Origin: Candidatus Woesearchaeota archaeon
Lineage (GTDB): Archaea > Nanobdellota > Nanobdellia > SCGC-AAA011-G17 > GW2011-AR17
Direction: 5' to 3'
Assembly: GCA_016235495.1 (NCBI GenBank)
Contig: JACRKH010000021.1
Location: 14,725-78,724 of the forward strand
DNA: 64,000 nt
Part shown: positions 44,270 through 54,366 of the stretch, piece by piece
How positions within the stretch are numbered: position 1 is the stretch's first letter
How the letters are laid out: every line of letters begins with the position of its first letter
The notes under the pieces: generated by a model
The model's input: only the letters and a program-made list of their open reading frames with translations
The model's database searches: none
Told to the model about the DNA's origin: nothing
Position numbers and translations under genes: made by a program

Positions 44270-45259
44270 CTAATACCCCCCAGGGTGTGCAAGATGCCAT
44301 TCCCATGCACTGCGAATAATATCTTTAATCCTGTACTGTGCTTTCCAGCCTAATTCATTTTTTATTTTTACTGATGAAGCAACTAAAACAGGAGGATCTC
44401 CTTCTCGTCTTGCACTCTCATGCACAGTAAAATCTTTCCCAGTAACTTCTTTGCAGACTTTAATAATTTCTCGGACAGAATAGCCCTTTTCAGAGCCTAA
44501 GTTATAAACTCCAGACCTTCCATTCTCCAAAGATTCTAAAGCAAGAATATGCGCATCTGCTAGATCTAAAACATGTACATAATCCCTAACACAGGTGCCA
44601 TCCTCTGTTTCATAATCTGTACCATAAATAGAAACACCTTCTCTTTTTCCTAATGCAGCATGAAGAGCCAAAGGAATCAAATGTGTCTCCGGCTTGTGAT
44701 CTTCTCCAACGCCATAGGCAGCACCAGCAGCATTAAAATATCGTAATGCAACATATTTGATGCCAAAGGCTTCATCATACACTTGCAAAGCCTTCTCAAA
44801 TAAATACTTCGTAAGCCCATAAGGGTTAATTGGTGCTTGTCGTACCCCTTCATGAATAGGGATCTCATGAACATCACCATAAGTTGCACAGGAAGAAGAA
44901 AAAACCATTTTTTTCACATGATTATTTTTAAGACATTCTAAGAAACTCATACTTTTTCTCAAATTATTCTCAAAATACAATGCAGGATCTTCAACGGATT
45001 CCCCCACATAGGCATAGGCAGCAAAATGAATCACACCATCAATAGAATAATCCTGAAGAAGCTTATTTACTTTTCTTTCATCAGCAATATCCCCTTCAAC
45101 AAATTGTGCCTGAGATGGAATAGATTGTCTATGCCCTCGAGAGAGATTGTCATAAATAAGAACATGATAGCCTTTCTCCAGAAGTCTTCGAGAAACAATG
45201 CTTCCAATATAGCCAGCTCCTCCAGTGACAAGAATAGTTTTCACACTTTTAAACTTCAA
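44270..45259 (-). CDS. galE: UDP-glucose 4-epimerase (SDR family)
   Basis: VTGGAGYIGS and YxxxK (YGLTKY). Confidence 0.8.
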   Translation of the reverse strand: MKFKSVKTILVTGGAGYIGSIVSRRLLEKGYHVLIYDNLSRGHRQSIPSQAQFVEGDIADERKVNKLLQDYSIDGVIHFAAYAYVGESVEDPALYFENNLRKSMSFLECLKNNHVKKMVFSSSCATYGDVHEIPIHEGVRQAPINPYGLTKYLFEKALQVYDEAFGIKYVALRYFNAAGAAYGVGEDHKPETHLIPLALHAALGKREGVSIYGTDYETEDGTCVRDYVHVLDLADAHILALESLENGRSGVYNLGSEKGYSVREIIKVCKEVTGKDFTVHESARREGDPPVLVASSVKIKNELGWKAQYRIKDIIRSAWEWHLAHPGGY

Positions 45260-45290
45260 AAAGAGATTTATAAGGCTTGTGGATGCACAT

Positions 45291-46079
45291 TTATCCTATT
45301 ACAGAAGTCTTAATCCCTTCCCTGCAGGAGCACTCTGTAAACTGAATCTTTGGCAGCACATCCTTCAAGAGCATCTTCACTCGTTCTGCATTCTCATGCA
45401 TCACGCGAAGCACTTCATCAATAGTCACATGCGCAGTACCCTCTCTCCAGCAATCAAAGTCAGTGCTCATTGCAATAGCAGCATAACAGATGCCAGCTTC
45501 ACGCGCTAACACCACTTCAGGCACACTACTCATGTTAATAATATGCCCTCCCCATGCACGAAACATATGCGACTCAGCACGAGTAGAAAATCTTGGCCCT
45601 TCAATGGTCACCACAGTCCCGCTTCGGTGCGCAACAATATGTAATGCATCAGCACTCTCTCCAAATAAATTTTTTAATTTCCCACAGAAAGGATCCGCCA
45701 TAGGAATATGACAGACTTTGTTTGTATCATAAAAAGTCTGCGCTCGTTTTGTGGTTCTGTCAATGAACTGATCAGGAAAAACAAGATGCCCAGGAGCAAT
45801 ATCTTCTCGTAAAGAACCTACTGCAGTGGTCGCAATGATATGCGTGCATCCTAATTCTTTCAAAGCCCAGATATTCGCACGATAATTCACATGTGATGGC
45901 ATAATCTGATGCTTCTTTCCATGCCGTGCAAGGATAGCAACCTCAACACCATTCAATCTGCCTTGTGTAATCGAAGAAGAAGCCTGTCCATACGGAGTGA
46001 CGACATCAACTACTTCATAATTTTCCAGCAATTTTGGATCATCAAGTCCAGAACCACCAATAATCCCTACTTTTACCAT
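45291..46079 (-). CDS. 5'-methylthioadenosine / purine nucleoside phosphorylase
   Basis: PNP/MTAP family pattern (IIGGSG..., [25 protein letters not shown]). Confidence 0.75.
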   Translation of the reverse strand: MVKVGIIGGSGLDDPKLLENYEVVDVVTPYGQASSSITQGRLNGVEVAILARHGKKHQIMPSHVNYRANIWALKELGCTHIIATTAVGSLREDIAPGHLVFPDQFIDRTTKRAQTFYDTNKVCHIPMADPFCGKLKNLFGESADALHIVAHRSGTVVTIEGPRFSTRAESHMFRAWGGHIINMSSVPEVVLAREAGICYAAIAMSTDFDCWREGTAHVTIDEVLRVMHENAERVKMLLKDVLPKIQFTECSCREGIKTSVIG

Positions 46080-46116
46080 CTTCTTTATTTTTTACTCAGT
46101 ATTTAAAAGAATTCTG

Positions 46117-47034
46117 TTACTGCTGTACTATCTTAAATCCCACAGAATCAATATGTTCAAAGCCATAATCCAAGCGTATCCATCCATCATACTGCTTTTG
46201 ATTCCCAATCAACAAATTCGTACCAATATTTTCAATCTTACAGCTTGCTTCAGCAGTATATTTTCCATTCTCAAATTTCAACATCCCGCAATCTTGTGCT
46301 TTGCCAAACAAAATCACAGAAAGAGGAAGAGAAACAGAAGTGATACTTGGATCCTGTGCCAATACGCAGGTATTACTTGTGGTATCAGCAACAGCAATCA
46401 ATCGCTCATTTGCTCGTGCAGACAAAGAAGCCTTTACACGCAGTCTCATCGTCACAGAATTGCTTCCCACAGCACTGAGTTCCTCAGTCACAGAATCAAT
46501 CTGCACTGGAGCGGAAGAAGAGCTTGTCAAAATATTTCCTGTACTTGTACAGCTGGTATCAGTAAAAGGATCCGTTGTAATGCAGGCGCTAAAAGGCCCA
46601 TAAGTAGTATAGGCATACCTGTTATATACAGTTGCATGCTGTTCTCCTGTTGCACTCTTTGAAACAAAAGCTGTAGGGAATTCTATCTGCGTACTCTGAA
46701 AGTTAGCATCATGGGTATCATCAAGAGTAATATAATAACTCTGGCAGTTGCAGCTGCCTAAACTTCCAAAAACATTTGCATCCAACCCAGTCTCACAGAC
46801 TTCAGCATTGGAAACGCTCGACTCTCCAGCATCAACAAGCCCTACAGAAACAAGCAGCCTGTCGCCGCCATACACATTTCCTTCATTGCTAGGAGAATTG
46901 ATAGTACTCACAACACCTGCACTGCCTCCACTGCAATCAGGAGGGCATGCAGTTGCAGTTTTCTCAGTCGTCTGCGTGCTGCATGCAGCAATAAAGAAGA
47001 TACTCAACAACAAAAGAAAGATTATTTTTTTCAT
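46117..47034 (-). CDS. Secreted lipoprotein, hypothetical
   Basis: A signal peptide plus a lipobox (IAAC). Confidence 0.45.
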   Translation of the reverse strand: MKKIIFLLLLSIFFIAACSTQTTEKTATACPPDCSGGSAGVVSTINSPSNEGNVYGGDRLLVSVGLVDAGESSVSNAEVCETGLDANVFGSLGSCNCQSYYITLDDTHDANFQSTQIEFPTAFVSKSATGEQHATVYNRYAYTTYGPFSACITTDPFTDTSCTSTGNILTSSSSAPVQIDSVTEELSAVGSNSVTMRLRVKASLSARANERLIAVADTTSNTCVLAQDPSITSVSLPLSVILFGKAQDCGMLKFENGKYTAEASCKIENIGTNLLIGNQKQYDGWIRLDYGFEHIDSVGFKIVQQ

Positions 47035-48317
47035 GCAACTAGACTCGCTCCTGCAGCTTTGATAGTAACAGTCTCTTGTTTCTTTTTCACTTTATATACA
47101 TACTTGGCATCGACTACATAGTTCTTCGTCACATAAGGTGCTTCAGCAAAAATATTTGGATCAATTGCCAGCCAGCACTGGAAGCTATGCAATCCTGCTT
47201 GCCCAAAGAAGGCATTATTTTGAACATAATTGACAAAGATTTGATCCTTAATTCCTGCATCAACATTATACTCTGTTCCATCTCTGCTTCTTCCTGTTTC
47301 AATGAAAGGACAGCTTAAACTTGGAGCGCCATTCAGATCGCTATTCAAAGTAACTCCCTCAGGAAGTGTTAAAGTTAAATCATCAAGGGAGCTAATGCTG
47401 CCGCCCCATTCATTCTTCAGTGTAATGCCTACAGTATTGTAAGAAGAAGTATCACCGCTTCGCACGACAACAGGCTGTCCCTCAGTTCCTTCCCCGCCAA
47501 CACCAATGCCTATGCTTATTGGTTCTCCATTATAGGTGGCAAGCAAGTCTTTTGCCTTGACATTCAGATTATACGCATCAAAGAAATCTTTCGTACCTAA
47601 TTGATCAGCAACAGTGCCTGGGATCATATACACAGGAATGCTTGCATCCTTTGTTTCAGTTTGGAAAGAGAAACTTCCAAAAATGCTGTAAGGCCCATTT
47701 AAATCTGCAGTATCAGTCCCATGGATTCTGCAAAGAACACTTGTCCCTTTTCGTACAGTCATCTGTTCTGCAGGAATAATCTTTCCAAGAACTTCTACAT
47801 CTTTCGTTTTATTAAAACTGCAAAAGAAATCTGCAGTATAACTTACCCCGCTCGGAACATTGTCAAAAGAAATATCATACTTCAAATCAAAATCTTGCCC
47901 AGCAGGTATTTCTTGACCAGCAATAGAAGTAAATGCCTTAAGGTCGATGCCATTCTTCGTACTGGAAGTATTTATCTTGCTGGAAAAATAATCCCCTGAG
48001 CCAGTTGCAAAAATTTCTGCAAAGAAATTGCTAATAGGATCAAAAGCAAAACTCTTAATAAAATCCCATCCAGACTGCAGCGCTCTTTTCCCTGCATCAC
48101 TACTAAAATAGCCTAAAGCAAAAATTCCTCCAACAAGCAAAACAAAAATAACCGTGACAATCAGTAAAGTATTTTTCCCATGCTGTGCACCTGCTGCAGC
48201 ACCAGATCGTAAGGAATCATAAGTGCTATTTTTATTACTAGAAAGAATTTCTCCTCTTCTTTTGAAAGACAAATCTTGCAAAATTTTCCTGCGTGCAGAA
48301 GCCTTAAACCACCCCAT
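47031..48317 (-). CDS. Membrane-anchored extracellular protein, hypothetical
   Basis: An N-terminal TM after a short cytoplasmic segment. It overlaps the downstream lipoprotein gene by 4 nt. Confidence 0.45.
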   Translation of the reverse strand: MGWFKASARRKILQDLSFKRRGEILSSNKNSTYDSLRSGAAAGAQHGKNTLLIVTVIFVLLVGGIFALGYFSSDAGKRALQSGWDFIKSFAFDPISNFFAEIFATGSGDYFSSKINTSSTKNGIDLKAFTSIAGQEIPAGQDFDLKYDISFDNVPSGVSYTADFFCSFNKTKDVEVLGKIIPAEQMTVRKGTSVLCRIHGTDTADLNGPYSIFGSFSFQTETKDASIPVYMIPGTVADQLGTKDFFDAYNLNVKAKDLLATYNGEPISIGIGVGGEGTEGQPVVVRSGDTSSYNTVGITLKNEWGGSISSLDDLTLTLPEGVTLNSDLNGAPSLSCPFIETGRSRDGTEYNVDAGIKDQIFVNYVQNNAFFGQAGLHSFQCWLAIDPNIFAEAPYVTKNYVVDAKYVYKVKKKQETVTIKAAGASLVA

Positions 48318-48361
48318 AGGAAACAGATAAGCTTATGAATATTTAAATCTTTTTAGTAAGA

Positions 48362-48661
48362 ATGGTCTTAGATTTCTGTACAGAGGGTATTATTCGTTTA
48401 TTTGCAGTAATCTTAAGATTTGCTCTTACCCACTGGGGTTGGACAATTGTATTCATCATTGCAGTATACCTTGCAGCCAAACTTATCTCTAAATTGGGGT
48501 TGAAGATATTTGAATTTTCTGGAATAATGTTCATTGTATACTTCCCTATACTCATCATTCTCATGTTTAGTGCATTAATCCTCGGATTTTACATTGCATC
48601 ATGGTTTTCTGGAGCGCCAGTCTGTTCCCTAGTCGATGAATTCAGCCGCTGGTTCATATAG
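48362..48661 (+). CDS. Small 3-TM membrane protein
   Basis: Hydrophobicity. Confidence 0.3.
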   Translation: MVLDFCTEGIIRLFAVILRFALTHWGWTIVFIIAVYLAAKLISKLGLKIFEFSGIMFIVYFPILIILMFSALILGFYIASWFSGAPVCSLVDEFSRWFI

Positions 48662-48710
48662 ATATTCCAACATAACAAAACTTTAAATTTCCTTTCCTAT
48701 AGCAAAGAGT

Positions 48711-50159
48711 ATGAAATTGCTTTTCATCTGTCTATTTTCTCTATTTCTTGTAGCCTGCACAAGCCAAACAGAACAAGCAGACCCCTATGCCGCACAATTT
48801 AATTTTACCTATACCACTTCTGTATACAATCTCACCCTGGAGTATAACAACATAACGGACCCCTTCGCACAGGGTGACGCACTATTAATAGAAGCAAGAA
48901 TACACAACACCGATCCAAGAACAGCAATCCCTTACTACAAAAAAGCTCTACAAACAGCAAGCCCTGAAGAAAAGGCGCTGCTCTATGAAAGCATTGCATC
49001 GATTGAAAACAAAAGAGAATATTACTGGACTTCTTATTTTATTTGGAAACAGCTCGGCAATGATTTTCATGCACAAACAGATTGGTATCTGCTCTATGGC
49101 CTTGACCCTCCATACAAAGCAGATATATACGAACTACCTTCTCCTTATTTTGCAACCTCCAAGAATGCAACAGAAATCACAATAGGAGAAACATCATTCA
49201 CACTCAATAAAAGTGATATTCTTATCTCACAGGTAGATCGAGTGACGAGAGACTGGCTTTCTTCACAACTGCAAAACCCAGAAACAAATAATCTTTTAAC
49301 AGTATTCTCAGAAAAATATGATGTAGAAAATATTGGCTGGCATGAAGGAGGGAGAATAACACAGTACAAAAAAGAAACGAATCTCACACACATCCCAGCA
49401 ACAGGAACTTTAGTGAGAAAAATCAATGGAACATGGTATGCGGCAAATGAAAATGGAACATTCATGTTTGATGTGCCTATAGACAAGGTAGAATACCCTA
49501 CAACAAGATTCTTCAATGAAAATCTTGGAATGATTATTGATACGCATGGAGTAAACATGCTCGTAGAACAGGCTATCAATGACAATGCCACAGTAGTCAT
49601 GGCCTGCTGTGACCATATTGGAAAAATAAAAGCAGCATTATATCTCAATGAAAGAGGAATAAAAGTCATTTGCAATACGGATAAATACCTCCCTCTTGCT
49701 TTGGGGCAGACAAATACAACACTTGGCTCAGCACCATTTTATCCTCGGGGAAACACACTTCTTTTTGGGAATCAGTCCATAAATATAAGTCTCAATGAGA
49801 AGATTATTGTACTGAATGCAACAGAAAAATATGGGCTTAGCTACTATGCAACACCAACTATTTACTTTACAACATTGCAAAAGAGAACTTTACTGCCATT
49901 AGATATGTATTATATCAATATAGACAATTACAATCAAATGCAAAAAGTAGTGAACAAAGCACACGAAGAAAATGCTTCAGTCATCGCAGCACGAGTCTAC
50001 AATGAAGATGATTATAGTGTTCTAAGCGCATGGTTGCAGGAAAATGAAAGCAATAGGCTCATACTCTTCCACTCAGAAGCATACCCTTATGGTTATTTAC
50101 TTCTAAGAAATTACCCTAAACAAATTACTTTTGATGATATTATGCCAAAATTTAAGTAA
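48711..50159 (+). CDS. Secreted lipoprotein, hypothetical, 482 aa
   Basis: A signal peptide plus a lipobox (VACTSQ). Confidence 0.45.
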   Translation: MKLLFICLFSLFLVACTSQTEQADPYAAQFNFTYTTSVYNLTLEYNNITDPFAQGDALLIEARIHNTDPRTAIPYYKKALQTASPEEKALLYESIASIENKREYYWTSYFIWKQLGNDFHAQTDWYLLYGLDPPYKADIYELPSPYFATSKNATEITIGETSFTLNKSDILISQVDRVTRDWLSSQLQNPETNNLLTVFSEKYDVENIGWHEGGRITQYKKETNLTHIPATGTLVRKINGTWYAANENGTFMFDVPIDKVEYPTTRFFNENLGMIIDTHGVNMLVEQAINDNATVVMACCDHIGKIKAALYLNERGIKVICNTDKYLPLALGQTNTTLGSAPFYPRGNTLLFGNQSINISLNEKIIVLNATEKYGLSYYATPTIYFTTLQKRTLLPLDMYYINIDNYNQMQKVVNKAHEENASVIAARVYNEDDYSVLSAWLQENESNRLILFHSEAYPYGYLLLRNYPKQITFDDIMPKFK

Positions 50160-50205
50160 AGTTTAAATATAACAAACACTCCAAAAGATATATCAGGGCT
50201 CTAAA

Positions 50206-51126
50206 ATGAAAAAATTAATTTTCCTAACAATGTTGGTGTCGATGATTCTTCTTTCATCACTAAGTCTAGCATCAGAGCAATTTGATTGTAAGGAAACTGG
50301 TGATGTTGGGAATGACCCTCTCACAGATGGGAGTGTGACACTCACCAATGCAAGCGTGACAAATCGAATTGAATATGATTCCTGTTCCATAAATATAACC
50401 TTTGGGTATTCCTATAGGACGGAATATTCCTGTGATTCTAAAGATGTAAGAATAAAGAACTACTATTGTGATGGCTGTACAAACTCCTCTGTATGCGACA
50501 CTGCTATTGATACAATAACAAACTATGCAAGTGAAACTGATGGAGGAAATTATCCATTAATACCAGGAAGTCTTGCAAAGACAGTGCTTCTTACAACAAA
50601 CCCAAGCGGAAAAAGATATTCTACAAAGGAATTCATCTTTGATAAATGTTCCTCAGCAGAGAAATTAACAGAAGTTGCAATAGAGAAAACAGCGCTTATC
50701 AAAGGAAATTACACCTGTTCCTCAATAAACGCAAGCTATTCCTGCATAACAGGAACATGGGGTGGATTCTGTGGAACAGCCTGCACAAGCGATGCTGATT
50801 GTGAAATAGGCTCTTGCGACACAAATGCTAATTCAGTAACCAAAGGAAGCTGCCAAGGAGATGCAATAAGAGTTATAGAAGTTCCAAAAACAGCAACGGC
50901 ATGCACCATAGGCGGAACAGAATGTTCTTCAGGTGCAGTGTGCTCTGAAGAAACTCTAACCTGCGTAGCAGAACAGAATACAAACACTGAAAGTGCAACA
51001 ACAAGTACACCCAGTAAAGCAGACACCGAAACTTCAAGTTCTAGTTCCTCTGAGTCAAAAGAAGTATTTACGACAAGCACAGAAAGTTTCTGGACAAGAT
51101 TTTGGAACTGGTTGTTTGGAAAATAG
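50206..51126 (+). CDS. Secreted Cys-rich protein, hypothetical
   Basis: A signal peptide, many Cys residues and a Ser/Thr-rich tail. Confidence 0.45.
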   Translation: MKKLIFLTMLVSMILLSSLSLASEQFDCKETGDVGNDPLTDGSVTLTNASVTNRIEYDSCSINITFGYSYRTEYSCDSKDVRIKNYYCDGCTNSSVCDTAIDTITNYASETDGGNYPLIPGSLAKTVLLTTNPSGKRYSTKEFIFDKCSSAEKLTEVAIEKTALIKGNYTCSSINASYSCITGTWGGFCGTACTSDADCEIGSCDTNANSVTKGSCQGDAIRVIEVPKTATACTIGGTECSSGAVCSEETLTCVAEQNTNTESATTSTPSKADTETSSSSSSESKEVFTTSTESFWTRFWNWLFGK

Positions 51127-51176
51127 ATATTCTCCCTTCTATTTTTTTTTAAATTATTTCTGAATCATTTGAAAGA

Positions 51177-52514
51177 ATGAACAAAAAGCTCTTCATAGTC
51201 CTATTTCTCTCTCTCATAGCAAGAATAGCCTACCTTTTCACAGTAAAAGACCTCTGGTGGGACGCAGCAGTCTATCTCTCTATGAGCAAATACTTCCTCT
51301 CTGCAGGGCATCTCGGTCTCTGGGAGCCCATTCGCCCCCTGCTCTGGCCATTCCTGCTCAGTTATGCATACCTTCTGCACATCCCTGCAACACTTTGGGG
51401 TGAGATACTCAGTACACTATTCTCCCTAGGCTGCATTTATCTTACCTACAAAATTGCAGAAAAACTCTTTGACAAGAAAGTAGCCTTTCTTTCATCCTTC
51501 CTATTAAGTTTTACATGGATATTTTTCTTTTTCAATGCACGTTTATACACAGAAATACCCGCAGTTTTTTTTGCACTGGCAGCATATTATTACTTTCTCA
51601 AAGACAAACCCTTAGAAACAGGAATCTGTGCAGCTTTAGCATTCCTTACAAAATTTCCTGAAGGCTTGATCATAATCATCTTTGCTTTGTTCTGGATAAA
51701 ATCATTCAAGAAACTCTTTTTTCTTTCTGTAGGTTTTATTGCACTTCTAATCCCCTATCTTACATTCAATTACTTTGCATACGGCTCCCCTATTGCAACG
51801 CTTTTCTTTGCACAGGAATTCCTGAAGTATGCAGGCATATGGATTTTTAAGCAGCCTTGGTATTATTATCCGCTTGAAATAATAAAACAGAATTTCTTAT
51901 ACCTTTTTGCAATACCTGGTTTTTATATTGCATGGAGAAAAAGAAGATATGAACTAGCCCTCATCATACTTGCCTCATTGCTGTACTTCTCCAGCATGGC
52001 GCATAAGGAGATTCGCTTTGCAATACTCTTCCTTCCCTTCCTTGCAATCCTCGCAGCACTGGGCTACAGACAACTTTTCAAAGACAAAATAATTTTCATT
52101 ATTATTATCTTAATCATAGGAGTTGTCCATCTTCAGTTTGATGCAGGAGCAAGCAACTCTTATTTCACATATTTTGAAGGAAAAAATATTTCTGGGGAGA
52201 TTCTTGCAGCAAATCCTCTTACAGCATATTATGCGGAGAAAGAAATAACAATGATGTACTATCCTTGGTTCAATGCATCACAAGGAGAGTACTGGCTTAT
52301 GTACATTAAAGAAAAACAGCCAGACTATGTTTCTCTAGACACTTGTGAAGGAGGATTTATTTGCCCACTAGATGAGAATGCTTGTGAAGAAAAAAGGCTG
52401 CAGATTATTTCTTACTTGGATATAAACTACACAAAAGTTTTTGAGAATGGCTGGTCAAAATGTCAATATTTTATTTACAAATCAGAAGCAAGTAACACCT
52501 TAACCTCTTCATAA
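51177..52514 (+). CDS. GT-C-fold membrane glycosyltransferase (PMT/ArnT/GT39-like)
   Basis: Multi-TM with an ArnT/PMT-like N-terminal pattern. Confidence 0.5.
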   Translation: MNKKLFIVLFLSLIARIAYLFTVKDLWWDAAVYLSMSKYFLSAGHLGLWEPIRPLLWPFLLSYAYLLHIPATLWGEILSTLFSLGCIYLTYKIAEKLFDKKVAFLSSFLLSFTWIFFFFNARLYTEIPAVFFALAAYYYFLKDKPLETGICAALAFLTKFPEGLIIIIFALFWIKSFKKLFFLSVGFIALLIPYLTFNYFAYGSPIATLFFAQEFLKYAGIWIFKQPWYYYPLEIIKQNFLYLFAIPGFYIAWRKRRYELALIILASLLYFSSMAHKEIRFAILFLPFLAILAALGYRQLFKDKIIFIIIILIIGVVHLQFDAGASNSYFTYFEGKNISGEILAANPLTAYYAEKEITMMYYPWFNASQGEYWLMYIKEKQPDYVSLDTCEGGFICPLDENACEEKRLQIISYLDINYTKVFENGWSKCQYFIYKSEASNTLTSS

Positions 52515-53134
52515 GAAGTATAACCCTCCCTTTTTTCTTTGCCATTAACAATGATAGTTGGACTTGTGGTAATATTATAATAGATTTTAACTGTGGAAAT
52601 GGCGCTATCTCCTGCAAAATTCTGGTTTATAGAGAATACATCAACACTTCCATTAGCTTCATTAGCAACCCTATCTAAAACATACCCCTGAAGAGCAGAT
52701 TGTGAATCTTCAGGATCATAGAAATAAAGGATAACATCATTTTTAATATGACATTTATCTTTGAGCTCATTAAACTGAGTATAACCTTTAATCTCCAAAA
52801 GGAAATAACGTCTTGCAAGATATTTAAATTCCGCATCTTGGAAAATATTTTTTTGTTCATAGGATTCCAAAGTCTGCCCCAATTGAATTAACTCAGAGGA
52901 AATTTGAGCAAGCCTTGGTTCAGCAAAACTACAATCATCACCCCCTGCAAAACTATCCAGAAAATTCTGTTCAATAAGAAAACTCTCTGTATCCAACTCA
53001 TTTGTTCGAAGATCATCAGAGACATCCTGGGATCGATACTTATCTAAATTCCAGCCCAATAATAACCCTGCTCCAAATACAAGAATGCTAATAAGTAAAG
53101 TAGTAAGGAATATCTGTTTTGAAAATCCTACCAT
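52475..53134 (-). CDS. Membrane-anchored protein with a thioredoxin-fold-like C-terminus (DsbA-like), but no CxxC
   Basis: An N-terminal TM and a C-terminal SPTIIVNGK pattern. Confidence 0.3.
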   Translation of the reverse strand: MVGFSKQIFLTTLLISILVFGAGLLLGWNLDKYRSQDVSDDLRTNELDTESFLIEQNFLDSFAGGDDCSFAEPRLAQISSELIQLGQTLESYEQKNIFQDAEFKYLARRYFLLEIKGYTQFNELKDKCHIKNDVILYFYDPEDSQSALQGYVLDRVANEANGSVDVFSINQNFAGDSAISTVKIYYNITTSPTIIVNGKEKREGYTSYEEVKVLLASDL

Positions 53135-54366
53135 TTCTTCCTCGCTCGAAACAATTCTTTATACACTGCAGTCATCCAGTGGCAGGATCGCATGACTGGA
53201 TATACAGTTAAGTATGCTGCCAATGCCAAGGGGAACCGCCATCTCTCTTTTAAGTTTTTATGTGCCAAATGGTAGATAAAAAGAGCAATACAAAAAGAAA
53301 TTGCAATAGGGAAGTAAATAGTCAGATTTATACCCAAGAAAAATTCTTTTACGCCGGGAATGTGGCCATCCAGAATATACAATGGCCCTAAATGAAAAAC
53401 CTTTAGAATTATTCCATATAATCTTTGACCAAAAGTAAAAGCCAACAAGCTAAACATAATAATAACAGTACCCACAGAAATAATATTCAAAGGATATTGA
53501 AAACTTCCAAGTATCCCATATTTCTTTTTGAAGAGCATCCCCTTATACTTCATATTGTTATAAATAAATCCTCTAAACCATCGCACCCTTTGCTTCCAAA
53601 GTGATGTAAATGTAGCAGGAGCCTTCGTGTAATTAACTGCTTCCTTTGCAAGCTTAATGCTATACCCATGATAGCGCAATCGCATAGCCATCTCAAGATC
53701 CTCCGTGATATTATGCTCATCAAATCCACCATATCTATCAAATATTTCTTTTCTGTACACACTAAGCGCACCAGGAGTAACATGCAGTGTATCAATCTTT
53801 GACATAAGCCCTCGGGTAAATGTCGCAAAGATATATTCCAAATGTTGTATCTTTTCATAAATTGTCTGTGGAGAATAAACCTTAATAGTGCTTATCACTG
53901 CACCAACATCCTTATCCCCAAAATAAGGAACCATATGCCCCAGAGCATCACTCATGACAATGGTATCAGCATCAACACAGGCGACAAACTCTCCATTGGC
54001 CTTACGCAGCCCTTCATTGAATGCATGCGCTTTCATATCCCCGCCATGCCTTTCCTTATAAGCAAGAATAATATGCTCAGAAGGATATTGCGCAATAAGC
54101 TGCCTCGCAATGGAAGAAGTTTTATCTGAAGAGCCATGGTCTACAATAATAATTTCTTTCTTATCAAGAGGATAATCAAGTGTAATCAAGGAGTGTACTG
54201 TTTTCCAAAGTCCTTTTTCCTCGTTATAAGCAGGGACAATGAAGCTAACCTTAGGAAATTCTTGCAAAGCCTTTGGCTTTTCCTCTCTAAGAGAAATAAC
54301 ATGCAGCCAGAATATCCCTACATACAAGCCTATGAAAGATACCCCCCAAATAAACCATCCTATCAT
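53128..54366 (-). CDS. Family-2 glycosyltransferase, processive polysaccharide-synthase type
   Basis: FIVPAYNEE, IIIVDHGSSD, DADTI and QRVRWFRG (QxxRW) motifs, with a C-terminal TM bundle. Confidence 0.7.
   Translation of the reverse strand: MIGWFIWGVSFIGLYVGIFWLHVISLREEKPKALQEFPKVSFIVPAYNEEKGLWKTVHSLITLDYPLDKKEIIIVDHGSSDKTSSIARQLIAQYPSEHIILAYKERHGGDMKAHAFNEGLRKANGEFVACVDADTIVMSDALGHMVPYFGDKDVGAVISTIKVYSPQTIYEKIQHLEYIFATFTRGLMSKIDTLHVTPGALSVYRKEIFDRYGGFDEHNITEDLEMAMRLRYHGYSIKLAKEAVNYTKAPATFTSLWKQRVRWFRGFIYNNMKYKGMLFKKKYGILGSFQYPLNIISVGTVIIMFSLLAFTFGQRLYGIILKVFHLGPLYILDGHIPGVKEFFLGINLTIYFPIAISFCIALFIYHLAHKNLKERWRFPLALAAYLTVYPVMRSCHWMTAVYKELFRARKKW

Noticed and set aside
52475-53134. DsbA/thioredoxin assignment for the TM-anchored protein
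   Set aside because: The C-terminal SPTIIVNGK pattern resembles DsbA, but no CxxC active site is present, so I leave it as hypothetical.
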